From the IMG/VR virus record IMGVR_UViG_3300032116_000082, positions 30,272 through 94,271 of that record: 64,000 nucleotides of DNA; one strand, 5' to 3'. Shown piece after piece: positions 1-10,394 of the stretch; within the stretch, counting starts at the first letter, position 1; each line of letters starts with the position of its first letter. A program made the position numbers and the translations under genes. The notes beneath the pieces are model-generated. The model searched no databases. It worked only from the letters and a program-made list of their open reading frames with translations, and was not told the origin of the DNA. This DNA is from a virus.

Positions 1-3000
1 ATAGCACTTGTATTGATCTTCGAACGTCAACGGTACGCCCGCAGGTGCGGGAGGCATCACGGCAATGAGGTACCAGTTGACCGGGTCCTGCTCTCGGCTG
101 ATCGAGATGTTGATATCATGCAGCGCGGCCGAGGCATTCGTGGTGACGGTAATATCGTTCGAGAAGGGAATACCGCACGCGACCCGAGTGGTTGTCGGAT
201 CACTCGTGTTGGAAACACACGTCCCCTCCGCACCCGCCGAAGCGGTGGCCGTGAGGGTAATGTCGTCATCGCCGCCGTCGTCTTTCGTATCCTCAACATA
301 GGCCGTGATCCGCACGGTTTCCGTCTTGCTCTGGTAGGTGACGGCGTATTCGTACACGAGGGGCTTGCCTGAGGCTTTGAATTTCCGCCCGGTATTATGC
401 GAATACGTTCCAGCGCCATCAATGGCTTGCCCCTGATCGGCCTGTACGCCGTGATTGGTGGTCAGGGACGTCGTTTTCGGCGGTGTCAGACTTTGTTCGG
501 TAACCGTGATACTCACCGAACCCGGCGCGTTTGGCGTGTGCTTCCACGACACCAAAATGATACCACTGTCAATTTGCGGGGTCGCTGTCACCTCGCGAAT
601 CGCGTGAACTGTGGGGTTGTCTTCACCGATCAGGAATGGCGGCGCCTTGGTGACCGTACCCTCGCTGTTGAGCGAATTCACCGGCACAGCGACGGCGTAC
701 CACGTCCCCTCCCCCGCATTGATACTGAAGGTGGGTTGATTGATGCTGCCAGAGTACCGAATGTATTGCTCGTCGATGTCCGACGGCTCCAGCTGCTCAA
801 GAGTTGGATCTTTGTTCACCGTATTCTTGATCGGCCAGCCGGTCTTCTTCACGTAGCAGCGCCACGTTTTGGCATCATCGTCAAATCCGTTAGCGGTATA
901 TCGCAACTGGGTCGTTTCCGACTCGTACGACGGCTGCAGCGACTTGAGTGAGGCGGTGGAGTCCGGATCGACCTGCATGACTCGAACGTTTTCTGGCGTA
1001 CACCCGGTCTTGGTGGCATAGAACGCCATGTAAAACGTCTTGTTCTCCCCGGTGAAGGTCTCTTCTCCAGCCGTCGGGGCAAAGCCGTTCAGACCCTGTG
1101 GGGTGTCCGCGCTGCTCAGGCGCTGGAACATCACCGCGCCGTCGAGAATGCGGTATTCGTGTGTTCCCTGGTGCGTGGTAGGTAACGGATCACCGCCCAG
1201 CAGAAGCGTGCTGGCGGAACTGCCGACAATCGTGCGAATCAGCGGCTTCTCATTTTCAGGGGCAATCCACGCGTAGTAGTAGTTCAGATCGCCGGTCGTC
1301 CATTGGCCGACTCCGGCAGTAACCGACCAGGTGCGCCCCGCATCACTCACCGCATTCGCGGAGACGACCCCTGTCGAGGTTGTCGCTGGTTGGAGGGTCG
1401 TGCCGAGATTTTGCGGAGCCGGAGCCGGTGCCATGGCAAATCGCGCGGTCACGGTGTCCGGCACGCGGTTGCCGTCGGTATCCTTGGTGTCAAACGTGAC
1501 GAACGATCTCGGCGTACGAACCAGGTCACGATTGACTGGCTCGCCAAACGGCGCTCCCGCAATGCCAATGACGATGCTGCCGCTTCGGTTCTGCGCCGCC
1601 AACCCACCACCGGGATCGTCAACGGTGACCGTCGTCGGATTGGTCACTGTCTTGACGCGGTAGCGCGTATTCAGTTCTGGAAGCGTTGACCCGAGCACGT
1701 CAAACCACTGACCAACCACCAGCCCATGCGGCTCCGTGGTGACAAAGGTCGTGATGTCATTACTGCGGGCACTGGTGGCCAGCGGGACTAGGCTGTAGTC
1801 GAAGCTTCCGCACGGGAGCAAAATCAGCCGCTTGGAGGCCCCCAGGGGTAGGTCAACCACACCACGAATGACCTTGTTGCGGCGAAGATCGACATGGAAT
1901 GGCGAGTCTTTCGACGGCTCCTGAGGACCAGCCGGGTCCACATGCCACTGCACGCCGAAGGTATCGTCGTCACCAACGGCAATGAATGACGCCGTGTTAT
2001 TGTTGTTGTCGAGGAAGGTCTCGAGTGACGAAATCTCTGGCGTGGTATCCAAGTCCACCACGAAGCTGAGCACATCGGACTCCCGCCCAATCGCATCAAC
2101 CGCCCATACCCGAATCCATGTATCGTCTTCGGTACGGTTGAGCGCGACGAACCGGGATCGCGCGCGGGCGACCCCCTCACGATCGCCTGGCAGCAGATTA
2201 GGCCCGGTGTTCGCGTAGGAGAACGTACTGGCCGTCACCGCGGTTACTTCAAACGTCCCATTCAGCGAAGCCGTCGTAGCACCGGCGACCTCGACCAACT
2301 GCTCGACAACAAAGCCGTGCGGCGTCTCCGTCGTCACCGTGGTCACATTGTTGGTCCGAACAAAATCGGTGATCACCACACCGACGCGGTCGTCGACCAA
2401 GACCTCGTTTTCCGCCGTGATCTCGTACGGAAAATACGGTTCATACTGCTGCGGGACGGGAAACAAGACCGTCGGGGTCTCGTCGCCCTTCCGCTGATAG
2501 TGAATCTCTACGCCCTCGAACCTGGCCTGGGGCGGAGTCTTCGGACTGTTGGCATTGTAGGCGTAAAGCTCGACCAGGGCGTACACCTTCGGATCGCTGT
2601 AATCCTCAGGAGCTTCGACGAAGAATGCTTGTTCCGTCTTCGTAAGCTGGCGAAACGCGACAATAGGTCCACCCGTGAACTGGTCGTCCGCGGGGGTATA
2701 CGTCCAGACCGCCGCGTCGTCAAAACTCTGTTGGTTTCGGGACCGGTCAAACGTGGCGAAGTAGTACAGTCCGTAATTCTCGCCGAAGAATTGCAGCTCG
2801 TCCTGGCGATTGGGCAGTCCGAAGTCGCTCTTGACCTCGGTATCCTTGTAGATATACATGCCCACTTCAATATTATCACCGAGGGCATCCGCAATTGCTG
2901 CGATAATGTCATCTGGAAGGTCTTCTGCAATCGTGACGCTGTTCGTTGTGTTCTCTGCGATCGTAAAGGTGTAGGTCGGAAAGTTCTCCAGCGTTAGCTG

Positions 3001-4425
3001 CAGTTGGAATCCTTCCAACGTACTGTCTTCATCGTCTGGAAATTCGTTCAGGACCGCGGTAAGCGTACGTTTGTTGGAGCCGACGGACGCTAGTTCGTAG
3101 GGGACATCAATGAATACTTCTTCTTCGGGCGGCGCCTCTGGATCGAGCACCGAGTTCATGACTTGCTGGCGGTAGTAGACGTTCACCCCCGCATAGTCGA
3201 GGTCAGTCGGTGTGTCGAACTTGACGGTCACCAGTCGATTGGTCACCGTGGGGTAGTCTTCCAGGATGGTGATAGGACCGGGCGCGAAAATGTCTCCCGC
3301 CACGATGTACTGCACCTGACTGGTCGGGCTGAGAACGGTTTCGTCTACGAGCCCGACCGCCCGCAGCACATACTCATACCCATGATCCCGGTTGACCGCA
3401 GAATCGACATACTCGACCACCGAGGCATTGACGACGCGACTAACGCGCGCGATTTCATTGAAGCTACCGACAGACAGGAACTGACCGACGACGTTCGGCA
3501 AGGTCTCCAGGTCAATGGCGAGCCGACAAGCGAGTGTCGTTTGATACGCCGATTCGTCAACTGTCGTCGTCGTTTCGTCATCCTCAGTGATCTGCGTAAC
3601 CGTGACGCTTGTGACCACACCGAGCGTCTGACCGTTGGCAATCAGGAACGCGCCGACCTCCAGCTTCGGTCCTTGATCGCCGCCCATGGTGACGGTAAAC
3701 GTGCTGTCCGGACCGAGGGGCGACATTGTAGTAACAAGACCATCGCCGACTTTGGTCAGGTCCGCCAGCAAGATAGGCTCGCGACGGTAGACCCGGTAAC
3801 TGCCGACTTCCGGATCGGAATGCCACCGAAGCGTATTGCGGGCCGTACCGGCGCCCTCGTCGAGGTAGCCGGTCTGGATGGACACCCACTGAGGAGCACG
3901 TGGGATTTCCGTCTCGCCGACGAGTCGCACCTTGGTCGGGACCGCCACCGTGATCGTCGGAGCCACGGCCTGGACATACAGCGTGTGACGCCCCGCACTA
4001 ATATTCAGTGGGACTGCGACCGACCCACTCACCGTACGGATGAGCGTCCCATCGACATAGATCGCCGCCGTGGCGCCGGTGCCTGGGATCGTGATATCCA
4101 GATTGAATGACAGGCTCCGCTCAGCCTCTACCACGGTTCGAAGCATCAGGACCGTGTTTGGTCGAGTCGTTACCGTAATCCGACCTTCGATCGCCGTTTC
4201 CAACGACAGCGTCGACGTTTGCTCAGCAAAGGCGTCGAAGTAGTCCGTGAGCGGGAGGACCTGCGACCCGTTAATCCGGAGTGCTAGCCAGGTCTGGGAG
4301 ACAACCTCAGAAATATCTGCGAGGTCAACCCGCACGGCGCCATGGATATTGCCAACGGTCTGTCCGATCGTGACCGTATCCTGGCGAATCAGTTTGCGGA
4401 AGGACTCTAAAAGAGACAAACCCAT
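1..4425 (-). CDS. Large tail-tip/host-specificity protein (>1475 aa, runs off the window edge) with FN3-like and E1-FCCH-like beta domains; absent from the ORF track
   Basis: Manual translation from ATG at 4425 (MGLSLLESFRKLIRQDTVTIG...) shows no in-frame stop down to position 1. FN3-like segments: NTLRWHSDPEVGSYRVYRR and YVDSAVNRDHGYEYVLRAVG. Two FCCH-like repeats: TTETPHGFVVEQLVEVAG and TTEPHGLVVGQWFDVLG. Directly follows the 1988-aa tail gene. Confidence 0.8.
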   Translation of the reverse strand, partial: MGLSLLESFRKLIRQDTVTIGQTVGNIHGAVRVDLADISEVVSQTWLALRINGSQVLPLTDYFDAFAEQTSTLSLETAIEGRITVTTRPNTVLMLRTVVEAERSLSFNLDITIPGTGATAAIYVDGTLIRTVSGSVAVPLNISAGRHTLYVQAVAPTITVAVPTKVRLVGETEIPRAPQWVSIQTGYLDEGAGTARNTLRWHSDPEVGSYRVYRREPILLADLTKVGDGLVTTMSPLGPDSTFTVTMGGDQGPKLEVGAFLIANGQTLGVVTSVTVTQITEDDETTTTVDESAYQTTLACRLAIDLETLPNVVGQFLSVGSFNEIARVSRVVNASVVEYVDSAVNRDHGYEYVLRAVGLVDETVLSPTSQVQYIVAGDIFAPGPITILEDYPTVTNRLVTVKFDTPTDLDYAGVNVYYRQQVMNSVLDPEAPPEEEVFIDVPYELASVGSNKRTLTAVLNEFPDDEDSTLEGFQLQLTLENFPTYTFTIAENTTNSVTIAEDLPDDIIAAIADALGDNIEVGMYIYKDTEVKSDFGLPNRQDELQFFGENYGLYYFATFDRSRNQQSFDDAAVWTYTPADDQFTGGPIVAFRQLTKTEQAFFVEAPEDYSDPKVYALVELYAYNANSPKTPPQARFEGVEIHYQRKGDETPTVLFPVPQQYEPYFPYEITAENEVLVDDRVGVVITDFVRTNNVTTVTTETPHGFVVEQLVEVAGATTASLNGTFEVTAVTASTFSYANTGPNLLPGDREGVARARSRFVALNRTEDDTWIRVWAVDAIGRESDVLSFVVDLDTTPEISSLETFLDNNNNTASFIAVGDDDTFGVQWHVDPAGPQEPSKDSPFHVDLRRNKVIRGVVDLPLGASKRLILLPCGSFDYSLVPLATSARSNDITTFVTTEPHGLVVGQWFDVLGSTLPELNTRYRVKTVTNPTTVTVDDPGGGLAAQNRSGSIVIGIAGAPFGEPVNRDLVRTPRSFVTFDTKDTDGNRVPDTVTARFAMAPAPAPQNLGTTLQPATTSTGVVSANAVSDAGRTWSVTAGVGQWTTGDLNYYYAWIAPENEKPLIRTIVGSSASTLLLGGDPLPTTHQGTHEYRILDGAVMFQRLSSADTPQGLNGFAPTAGEETFTGENKTFYMAFYATKTGCTPENVRVMQVDPDSTASLKSLQPSYESETTQLRYTANGFDDDAKTWRCYVKKTGWPIKNTVNKDPTLEQLEPSDIDEQYIRYSGSINQPTFSINAGEGTWYAVAVPVNSLNSEGTVTKAPPFLIGEDNPTVHAIREVTATPQIDSGIILVSWKHTPNAPGSVSITVTEQSLTPPKTTSLTTNHGVQADQGQAIDGAGTYSHNTGRKFKASGKPLVYEYAVTYQSKTETVRITAYVEDTKDDGGDDDITLTATASAGAEGTCVSNTSDPTTTRVACGIPFSNDITVTTNASAALHDINISISREQDPVNWYLIAVMPPAPAGVPLTFEDQYKCY

Positions 4426-4427
4426 CG

Positions 4428-7400
4428 TCAGCTCCCTCGCCGCTCAGGCAGCAACACCAGATGACACGTCAACTCCGTAGTTTGTGGAAGGACGGGACCA
4501 ACCCCCACGGGCATGTGCCCAGTCGTGAAGGGCCCACCGACGTCCCACGAGATCCCCGAATAGTTTCCGTTCCGCAAAAACCCGCCGGTAATTTTCGGCG
4601 TGCTGACATTGAGGTCGTCATCCTTCCAACCCGTCCACGCGCCGTAGTCGTAATACAGGTTATTCGAAAAGCCAATGAAGCGGTGTCTCCACCACATCAC
4701 CCCGTCCAGGCGCTCTTTGCCAAACCGATTCGTCGGGAACATGGAGCCCGATTCCCACACGTACTCACTGCGGAACGACGTCCGGAACCAGTCGATACCG
4801 GCGCCGGTTGGCGGAGACGTTGTGGTCGACGGACCCGTACGATCCACCAGCACCTGAAACAGCGGATAGCTCGAGACATTCAGCGTTTGGCTGACCTGAA
4901 TGCCCTTATAGCGATGGGGATTCACGTAATACGGTGACCCTGCCGCGACCTTGGTCGGCGCCGCCGCCGGGTACGGACCACGACTGTAGATGCCCCGCAG
5001 ATCTTCCCAATGCACCGTCTCGTCCTGCCGGACGTAGTTGATGGCATTGGTCGGAACGCCGTCCTTGAACATGCCTTTAGTTACATCGACACGAAATCCA
5101 GGGTTGAACTTCAGCGCGGTGCCGGATCCCGTCATATCAACCGTCGGACTCGACCACGTCTGCGCCGCCCCGGCGTCAGACGTCTTGCGCTCGATAGTGT
5201 TATCCGATCCGAAGGCACGGACCTTTACCTTGGTCTCCGAGCCGCCGATGGTCCAGTACATGTTGATACCGCGAAGATCGGCCTCCTCGCCGTTATTCGT
5301 GAAGCTGGCGAACGTCGACTGCGCAAACGGCGGAGCGGGCGGCGAGACCATTGGGGGCAGTAAGAAATATGGATGCAGATCCCGTGTGATGGACGGAATC
5401 CACAACGGACTGCTTTCCCACTCCCACGTTCCTACGTCCATGCCGCCAGACGCGTTCGCGCCCAGAAACGAACTCGACACGGCGCCTGCGACGGAACCAA
5501 GCTGACGCATAACATTCGACGCGCTGTACTCGAGCGGCAGGCGGTATCCGTCAACGGATGCCGCCGCGTGATTGGCCGAGTAGGTGTCCTGTGGGAACGT
5601 GCCGAAGGCGGACCACGAGACTGGCGTAGTGCCCACGTTTGTCGCCGACACGTCATGCTGATACCAGAACGACTGCAGTAGCTTGGCAAACAGCGTATTG
5701 GCCGAATAACCGAACGCTGTGAGCTGGTTTGCCTTCCAGTCGGCCTCCTCGGTCCACTGACGGCAAACGACCGTGCGGCGCTGCTCGTACATCGGATCGG
5801 TCGGCCAGTTCAGCGCCTGGGTATTGGTGTAGATCTTAGACTTGTCAACGAAACTGCGATTAATCCCCCAGCTGGAGCGCCCCGAGCGATCGGTGACGTA
5901 CGCCGACAGGTAAAACAGGTAGGACATCAAGGCGAACTGCAGGCGGGAACGAGCGGTCGCGGTCGCGCGCGCGCCGTTCCACTGAGGCACTTCTTCCAGC
6001 TGCAGGTAGTCCCCGAACTCGATCGACTGTTCGTACCCGGAGATCAAGAAATCCTTCTTAAAATCCCGCGGATAGAACACCCATTCGGTGCTTGCGTCAC
6101 CAGGATCCGTCGCGTCGTCCCAGCGGAACGTCGAGGCTTTCCGGTAGCCGGAATCCGTATACTGCTTGGTGTGCTCGTCATTGGTCAGGCGACGGCTATA
6201 CACCGCTCGATCTTCCACCGTCGTCCCTGGAAACTCCTTGCCCGCATACACCACCACCTGATCCCCGATAATAGCCCGAAGATGGACCTCTCTCGTGAGT
6301 TTGACGGAGATCTGGGAATCCTTACCTGCCCACAGAACACCTGGGCGCGGTGCCACTTTGAACCGAATACGGATCGGCTTGTCGTTGTTAATGTACGCCG
6401 TCAACGAGGACGGCTGGCTGGTAGGCGGTAGCGCGCCCCACGAGGCTCCGATCTTGTCTTCGACTTTCAGCTCGAGCTTCGTGGGTTCTGGTAAATGCGT
6501 CAAAATCGCAACGTTGACGTCGTCGTCCTTACTGCTCAGTTCCCTTTCGGCAGGCGTCGTCGTCTCGGCTTCAATGTGGACATACCAACGGGCGTACGTT
6601 CCGTGGCCAATAATCGGGACACCGTCCACATTTCGCGCCAACCAGATGTACGCCAACGGACCGAGGTCGCCGCCGCCAACTTCTTGGTTCCAGACATAGA
6701 ACCCCCGCCCAACGCGCGGCTTCTGATCGTCCTCGAACGTACCCTCAACCAACTCGGAATACAGCTCGGACTGGACCGCATTCCACAGGCCCAGCTGGTC
6801 CACGCCGTCCCAGGTGAACACCTTGTCGGCCATCACGGGCAGGTATTCCCAATGCTGCTCCGGCTGATTCGCGTCCGAGGCCGGGTTGGTTAGCCAGCCC
6901 ACGACCGTGTGATCCTCCCAGTTCCGGATCGATACCCGATACATCCCCTCCGCTAGGACGGAGAATCGGATATTGACCAGGTTGCCGAGCTCGCTCGTAT
7001 ACGGGTCATAGAACGGGCTCTTGGAAACACCACCAGCAATCCCATTCGGGTCGCCGCCTCCAACAGGGAACAAGGACCGATACCGCACATCAAAGGTCAA
7101 CACTTCGTCGGTCGATACGCCGGTTGTGGTCCCTTGAGCCCACGGGAGGGAGACGCCAACACTGGTGTAGTTCAGCCCATAAAACTCGTGGTACGGGTTA
7201 TTCGAAAGCCACCCGGTGTTCATGCGGTCCGTACCCACCCGGTACGACAAGAAGATCTTGCCTTCCGTGGCCAAAGCCGCACCGCCAGTCAAGGCTTTCT
7301 GACCGCGGAACAGCGAAATGACCCCGTCGGTCTCTTCGTAGTAGAAATAGTCCGACCGATCAACGGATCCAGCCGCCACGGTCGAGTCCAACGCGACCTT

Positions 7401-10394
7401 GGTCGCGGCAGCGTCGGAATACAACTTGACCCGCACCCCCTGCATCGTCCATTCGGGCGGGATACCAAACGTCTTGATCAGCTGGAGCGGCTGCCACCGA
7501 CCACTAATGGGTATCTCCAGGATCTTTGGCACTTCCACCGCGGTGCGACCCCCAGCGACAAAATTGCCCTTGATCTGGAAGGTCCCTGGGACTGGAGGCC
7601 AGGGCGCATTGCCCGGCATACTGAGCGTCGTCCCGCCGAATGACAGACCATTATACGCCACCGTATTGCCGATCACCTGCTTGACCAGACTCGGCGAGGG
7701 ATTGCTGTACGAATGTCCACTGAGTGACACATAATCCACCGTCAGTCCCGTGACCGGCTTGTTGTCGAATTTCGACAGGTCAATGTCCGTTCGGGGCTGG
7801 TACGCAGGATAGTCAGGCCACGGCTCCGTCTCGATCGTGGTCTGGAACTTATTGAGGTCAATCCGGTGCTGGATCTTGCGCACGTACTGCGTCGTGTCCG
7901 GCGTGACGGTGTTGAACTTGCTCTCCTCCACCGCGACCGGATCGGTGATCTCGAGCATGGGGAGCAGCGTGTGCGTTACCGTGGTGCCCACGCGCGGAAC
8001 GGATTGCCGGTAAATGAAGACCTGAGCCAAGTACTTAGCTAACCCATCGTCGGCGATCGCTTCGTCGTAGATGACCGACTGCTTCAGGTACCCGACATAG
8101 TTGGTGGCGGTACGGTCCGTAATCGAGCCCAGGTCGATCGCGTTCTGGACGACGAATTCCTGCTCGGTCGGCGCCTGGGCTTCTGCGAACTTGTCGCTGT
8201 CCGTTACCGCGGCCTTCCGACGACCCACGATGGTCACCTTATTTCGGACGGCATCCTGCTGAGTCTTGGTCTGTACCGTCAGCGCGGCGTCCAGCGTAGA
8301 CAGGGCGGGCAGCTTCGGATTGTCTGGATCCTGCGCATAGGCCAGGATGCAATCCACATACGCCGGTGTCGTTCCGGCGACGGGCTGGAGCGTCACTATC
8401 AGCTGTAGATAATCGCCGGTATACGCCGTATACACGGTACTATTACCGCCTGGAGCCGTCACAGCCGAGTCGAAGAACAGTTCCGGCTCTCCGACCGTAG
8501 CGGCAACATGCACTTGCTCTTGGGTTTCCTGGTATCCTTCCGACACCGTGACGATACGAGGCTCCCCGAGCTCAGTAATACGTCTCTGGTTGCTCTGCGT
8601 AGTCAGGTACGACACGTCCGAGGGTGTGACGGTGACAATCCAGTCGCGAATACCACTTGCCCGCGGAAACGAAATATCTACCCGCGAAGCATACACAGTC
8701 ACTTCGAACGTCGGCGTAGCGCCAGAGGCGGCCGACATGTACGTCGCACCGTACGCTGCCGGGTTAATGACCTCGGTCGCGGTGCCCGTCTTCACATCAT
8801 CGGTGGTGATATCGTGAACATACGACGGGGAATTGGCGGGAAATAGCACCGCCGCGCCGGTGACATCAAACCGGCAAATGTACCCCACGCGATCAGTCAA
8901 CTCACGAGCGCGGGCCCAGAGGTCTTTGGTGGGTTCAACCTTAAAGACGTAATCGTCGTCGTACGGGCGCGTTTCCGTAAAGGACAACCCAACATTGCCG
9001 TAGTGAACCGCCCGCGGAAGCCGAAGGGGCTCGCCAGATAGGGTGTCCGCGCGGAATCGCTTCAACAGAGCACCATTGATCTCAACGTCCCTACCGTTCC
9101 CGTTATCCTGCACGGCCTGGAACAGGCGACGAAAACAGATTGGGTCGATACCGGCCCGAATCCCCAGTTCTTCAACGGCCCATGCGAGCGGCCAGTTGTC
9201 GAACGCGGGGACATTGTAGACCGGCTGCTTCCGATCAACCGGCAACACATCGGCATAGTCAAGCACCTGGAAACCACGGGCCATGTAACTAATACGATCC
9301 GGTGCCTGCTCGTACTGCTCGACCATGCGACCTTCAAAGCTCACGCAGGTAATCTGCAACCGCCCGGTAGAGCCACTACCAAAATCGTCTACCTGCCCCG
9401 TAAAGATCGGCATCCAGGACGGAGTCTCCGCCCGCTTGGCGACTTCAATTTGAATCAGTCGCTTCCGCTTGAGCGTGTGCAGCAGATCCCCGGCATCATA
9501 GACCCGGAGGGATCCCGGATCGGTCTCCGGATCTGGCTGATAAAACACCCAGCCACTCCCATCGTTGATCGCCGGATTGACCAGCGGGACCTCGATGTCG
9601 GCGCGGATAGCACTGCCCTGTTCGTGGTTGACATTCACCGACAGGATATACGGCAGCTCCACCGCCTGAACGTCCGCATGAGAGAACAGGCTCGCTGCGA
9701 GGAGTGGCGCGGCTTGCGCTGCCGCCTTGGCGATCGGTCCTCTGCTATTGGCATCGGTGGGCCGTGCCGTCGGAATCGCCCGAATGACCAGCCCGCCCCA
9801 CGAGTCGGTCTTGTCCTGCACGTAGTACACATGCAGGGTCGAGGTGGAAGAGAAGGTGTGCGTCGACGAATACCGGAAGCCGTTTTCCAGAAAATCGCTC
9901 TCCGAGACATCTCCCTTGAACAGCGTCGTCCTCGTCGCACCTTCGACCACATCAATCCGCACCCATCCGGATCCTGCCACGGCAAACGTGAAGACGTCGT
10001 CATCCGCCAGCCACTGCCGACGAGACCGTGCAACGAGTGCTCCCTGAAAGCAGAGCGCCACTCGTCCAGTATACGCCCCGCCCCACCAGTTCGGAGTGCC
10101 GCTCCCCCAATAGGACTGCACCAGAGGCCACCGGCCATCTGCCACGGCAGCGGATGCGAACGATCCATTGGTGAAAGCGGATTCCGGACTGGAACCAGAC
10201 GCCACCGCCTTGAGCGCCGTGGCGTACTGGCTCCAGTTGACCGATTCCGCCAACGGCTGAAACACCCGAAGCTTCAACCCCTCGGACGCCTCGTCATTTT
10301 CAAGCGTCGTATACGGAGTATCCCAACTGCGAACCCGGAACTGCCATTCCTGGTCCGCAGAGAAGAACGCTGAGGTGGTAGGCGTCGGCCGCAT
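4428..10394 (-). CDS. Large tail-tip/baseplate hub-like protein (1988 aa) with PA14-like and FlgD-Ig-like segments
   Basis: Second gene after the tape measure. Contains hub-like IFTGQVDD...ITC and VRNKVTIVG motifs, a PA14-like N-terminal region, and FlgD-Ig-like NIRFSVLAEGMYRVSIRN...FTWDGVDQLG. Confidence 0.65.
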   Translation of the reverse strand: MRPTPTTSAFFSADQEWQFRVRSWDTPYTTLENDEASEGLKLRVFQPLAESVNWSQYATALKAVASGSSPESAFTNGSFASAAVADGRWPLVQSYWGSGTPNWWGGAYTGRVALCFQGALVARSRRQWLADDDVFTFAVAGSGWVRIDVVEGATRTTLFKGDVSESDFLENGFRYSSTHTFSSTSTLHVYYVQDKTDSWGGLVIRAIPTARPTDANSRGPIAKAAAQAAPLLAASLFSHADVQAVELPYILSVNVNHEQGSAIRADIEVPLVNPAINDGSGWVFYQPDPETDPGSLRVYDAGDLLHTLKRKRLIQIEVAKRAETPSWMPIFTGQVDDFGSGSTGRLQITCVSFEGRMVEQYEQAPDRISYMARGFQVLDYADVLPVDRKQPVYNVPAFDNWPLAWAVEELGIRAGIDPICFRRLFQAVQDNGNGRDVEINGALLKRFRADTLSGEPLRLPRAVHYGNVGLSFTETRPYDDDYVFKVEPTKDLWARARELTDRVGYICRFDVTGAAVLFPANSPSYVHDITTDDVKTGTATEVINPAAYGATYMSAASGATPTFEVTVYASRVDISFPRASGIRDWIVTVTPSDVSYLTTQSNQRRITELGEPRIVTVSEGYQETQEQVHVAATVGEPELFFDSAVTAPGGNSTVYTAYTGDYLQLIVTLQPVAGTTPAYVDCILAYAQDPDNPKLPALSTLDAALTVQTKTQQDAVRNKVTIVGRRKAAVTDSDKFAEAQAPTEQEFVVQNAIDLGSITDRTATNYVGYLKQSVIYDEAIADDGLAKYLAQVFIYRQSVPRVGTTVTHTLLPMLEITDPVAVEESKFNTVTPDTTQYVRKIQHRIDLNKFQTTIETEPWPDYPAYQPRTDIDLSKFDNKPVTGLTVDYVSLSGHSYSNPSPSLVKQVIGNTVAYNGLSFGGTTLSMPGNAPWPPVPGTFQIKGNFVAGGRTAVEVPKILEIPISGRWQPLQLIKTFGIPPEWTMQGVRVKLYSDAAATKVALDSTVAAGSVDRSDYFYYEETDGVISLFRGQKALTGGAALATEGKIFLSYRVGTDRMNTGWLSNNPYHEFYGLNYTSVGVSLPWAQGTTTGVSTDEVLTFDVRYRSLFPVGGGDPNGIAGGVSKSPFYDPYTSELGNLVNIRFSVLAEGMYRVSIRNWEDHTVVGWLTNPASDANQPEQHWEYLPVMADKVFTWDGVDQLGLWNAVQSELYSELVEGTFEDDQKPRVGRGFYVWNQEVGGGDLGPLAYIWLARNVDGVPIIGHGTYARWYVHIEAETTTPAERELSSKDDDVNVAILTHLPEPTKLELKVEDKIGASWGALPPTSQPSSLTAYINNDKPIRIRFKVAPRPGVLWAGKDSQISVKLTREVHLRAIIGDQVVVYAGKEFPGTTVEDRAVYSRRLTNDEHTKQYTDSGYRKASTFRWDDATDPGDASTEWVFYPRDFKKDFLISGYEQSIEFGDYLQLEEVPQWNGARATATARSRLQFALMSYLFYLSAYVTDRSGRSSWGINRSFVDKSKIYTNTQALNWPTDPMYEQRRTVVCRQWTEEADWKANQLTAFGYSANTLFAKLLQSFWYQHDVSATNVGTTPVSWSAFGTFPQDTYSANHAAASVDGYRLPLEYSASNVMRQLGSVAGAVSSSFLGANASGGMDVGTWEWESSPLWIPSITRDLHPYFLLPPMVSPPAPPFAQSTFASFTNNGEEADLRGINMYWTIGGSETKVKVRAFGSDNTIERKTSDAGAAQTWSSPTVDMTGSGTALKFNPGFRVDVTKGMFKDGVPTNAINYVRQDETVHWEDLRGIYSRGPYPAAAPTKVAAGSPYYVNPHRYKGIQVSQTLNVSSYPLFQVLVDRTGPSTTTSPPTGAGIDWFRTSFRSEYVWESGSMFPTNRFGKERLDGVMWWRHRFIGFSNNLYYDYGAWTGWKDDDLNVSTPKITGGFLRNGNYSGISWDVGGPFTTGHMPVGVGPVLPQTTELTCHLVLLPERRGS

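Noticed and set aside
1-4425. Apparent non-coding or recoded region (no long ORF in the track)
   Set aside because: The minus-strand frame is fully open in the standard code and simply lacks a stop inside the window. Genes elsewhere end in TAA, TAG and TGA, so there is no sign of codon reassignment.
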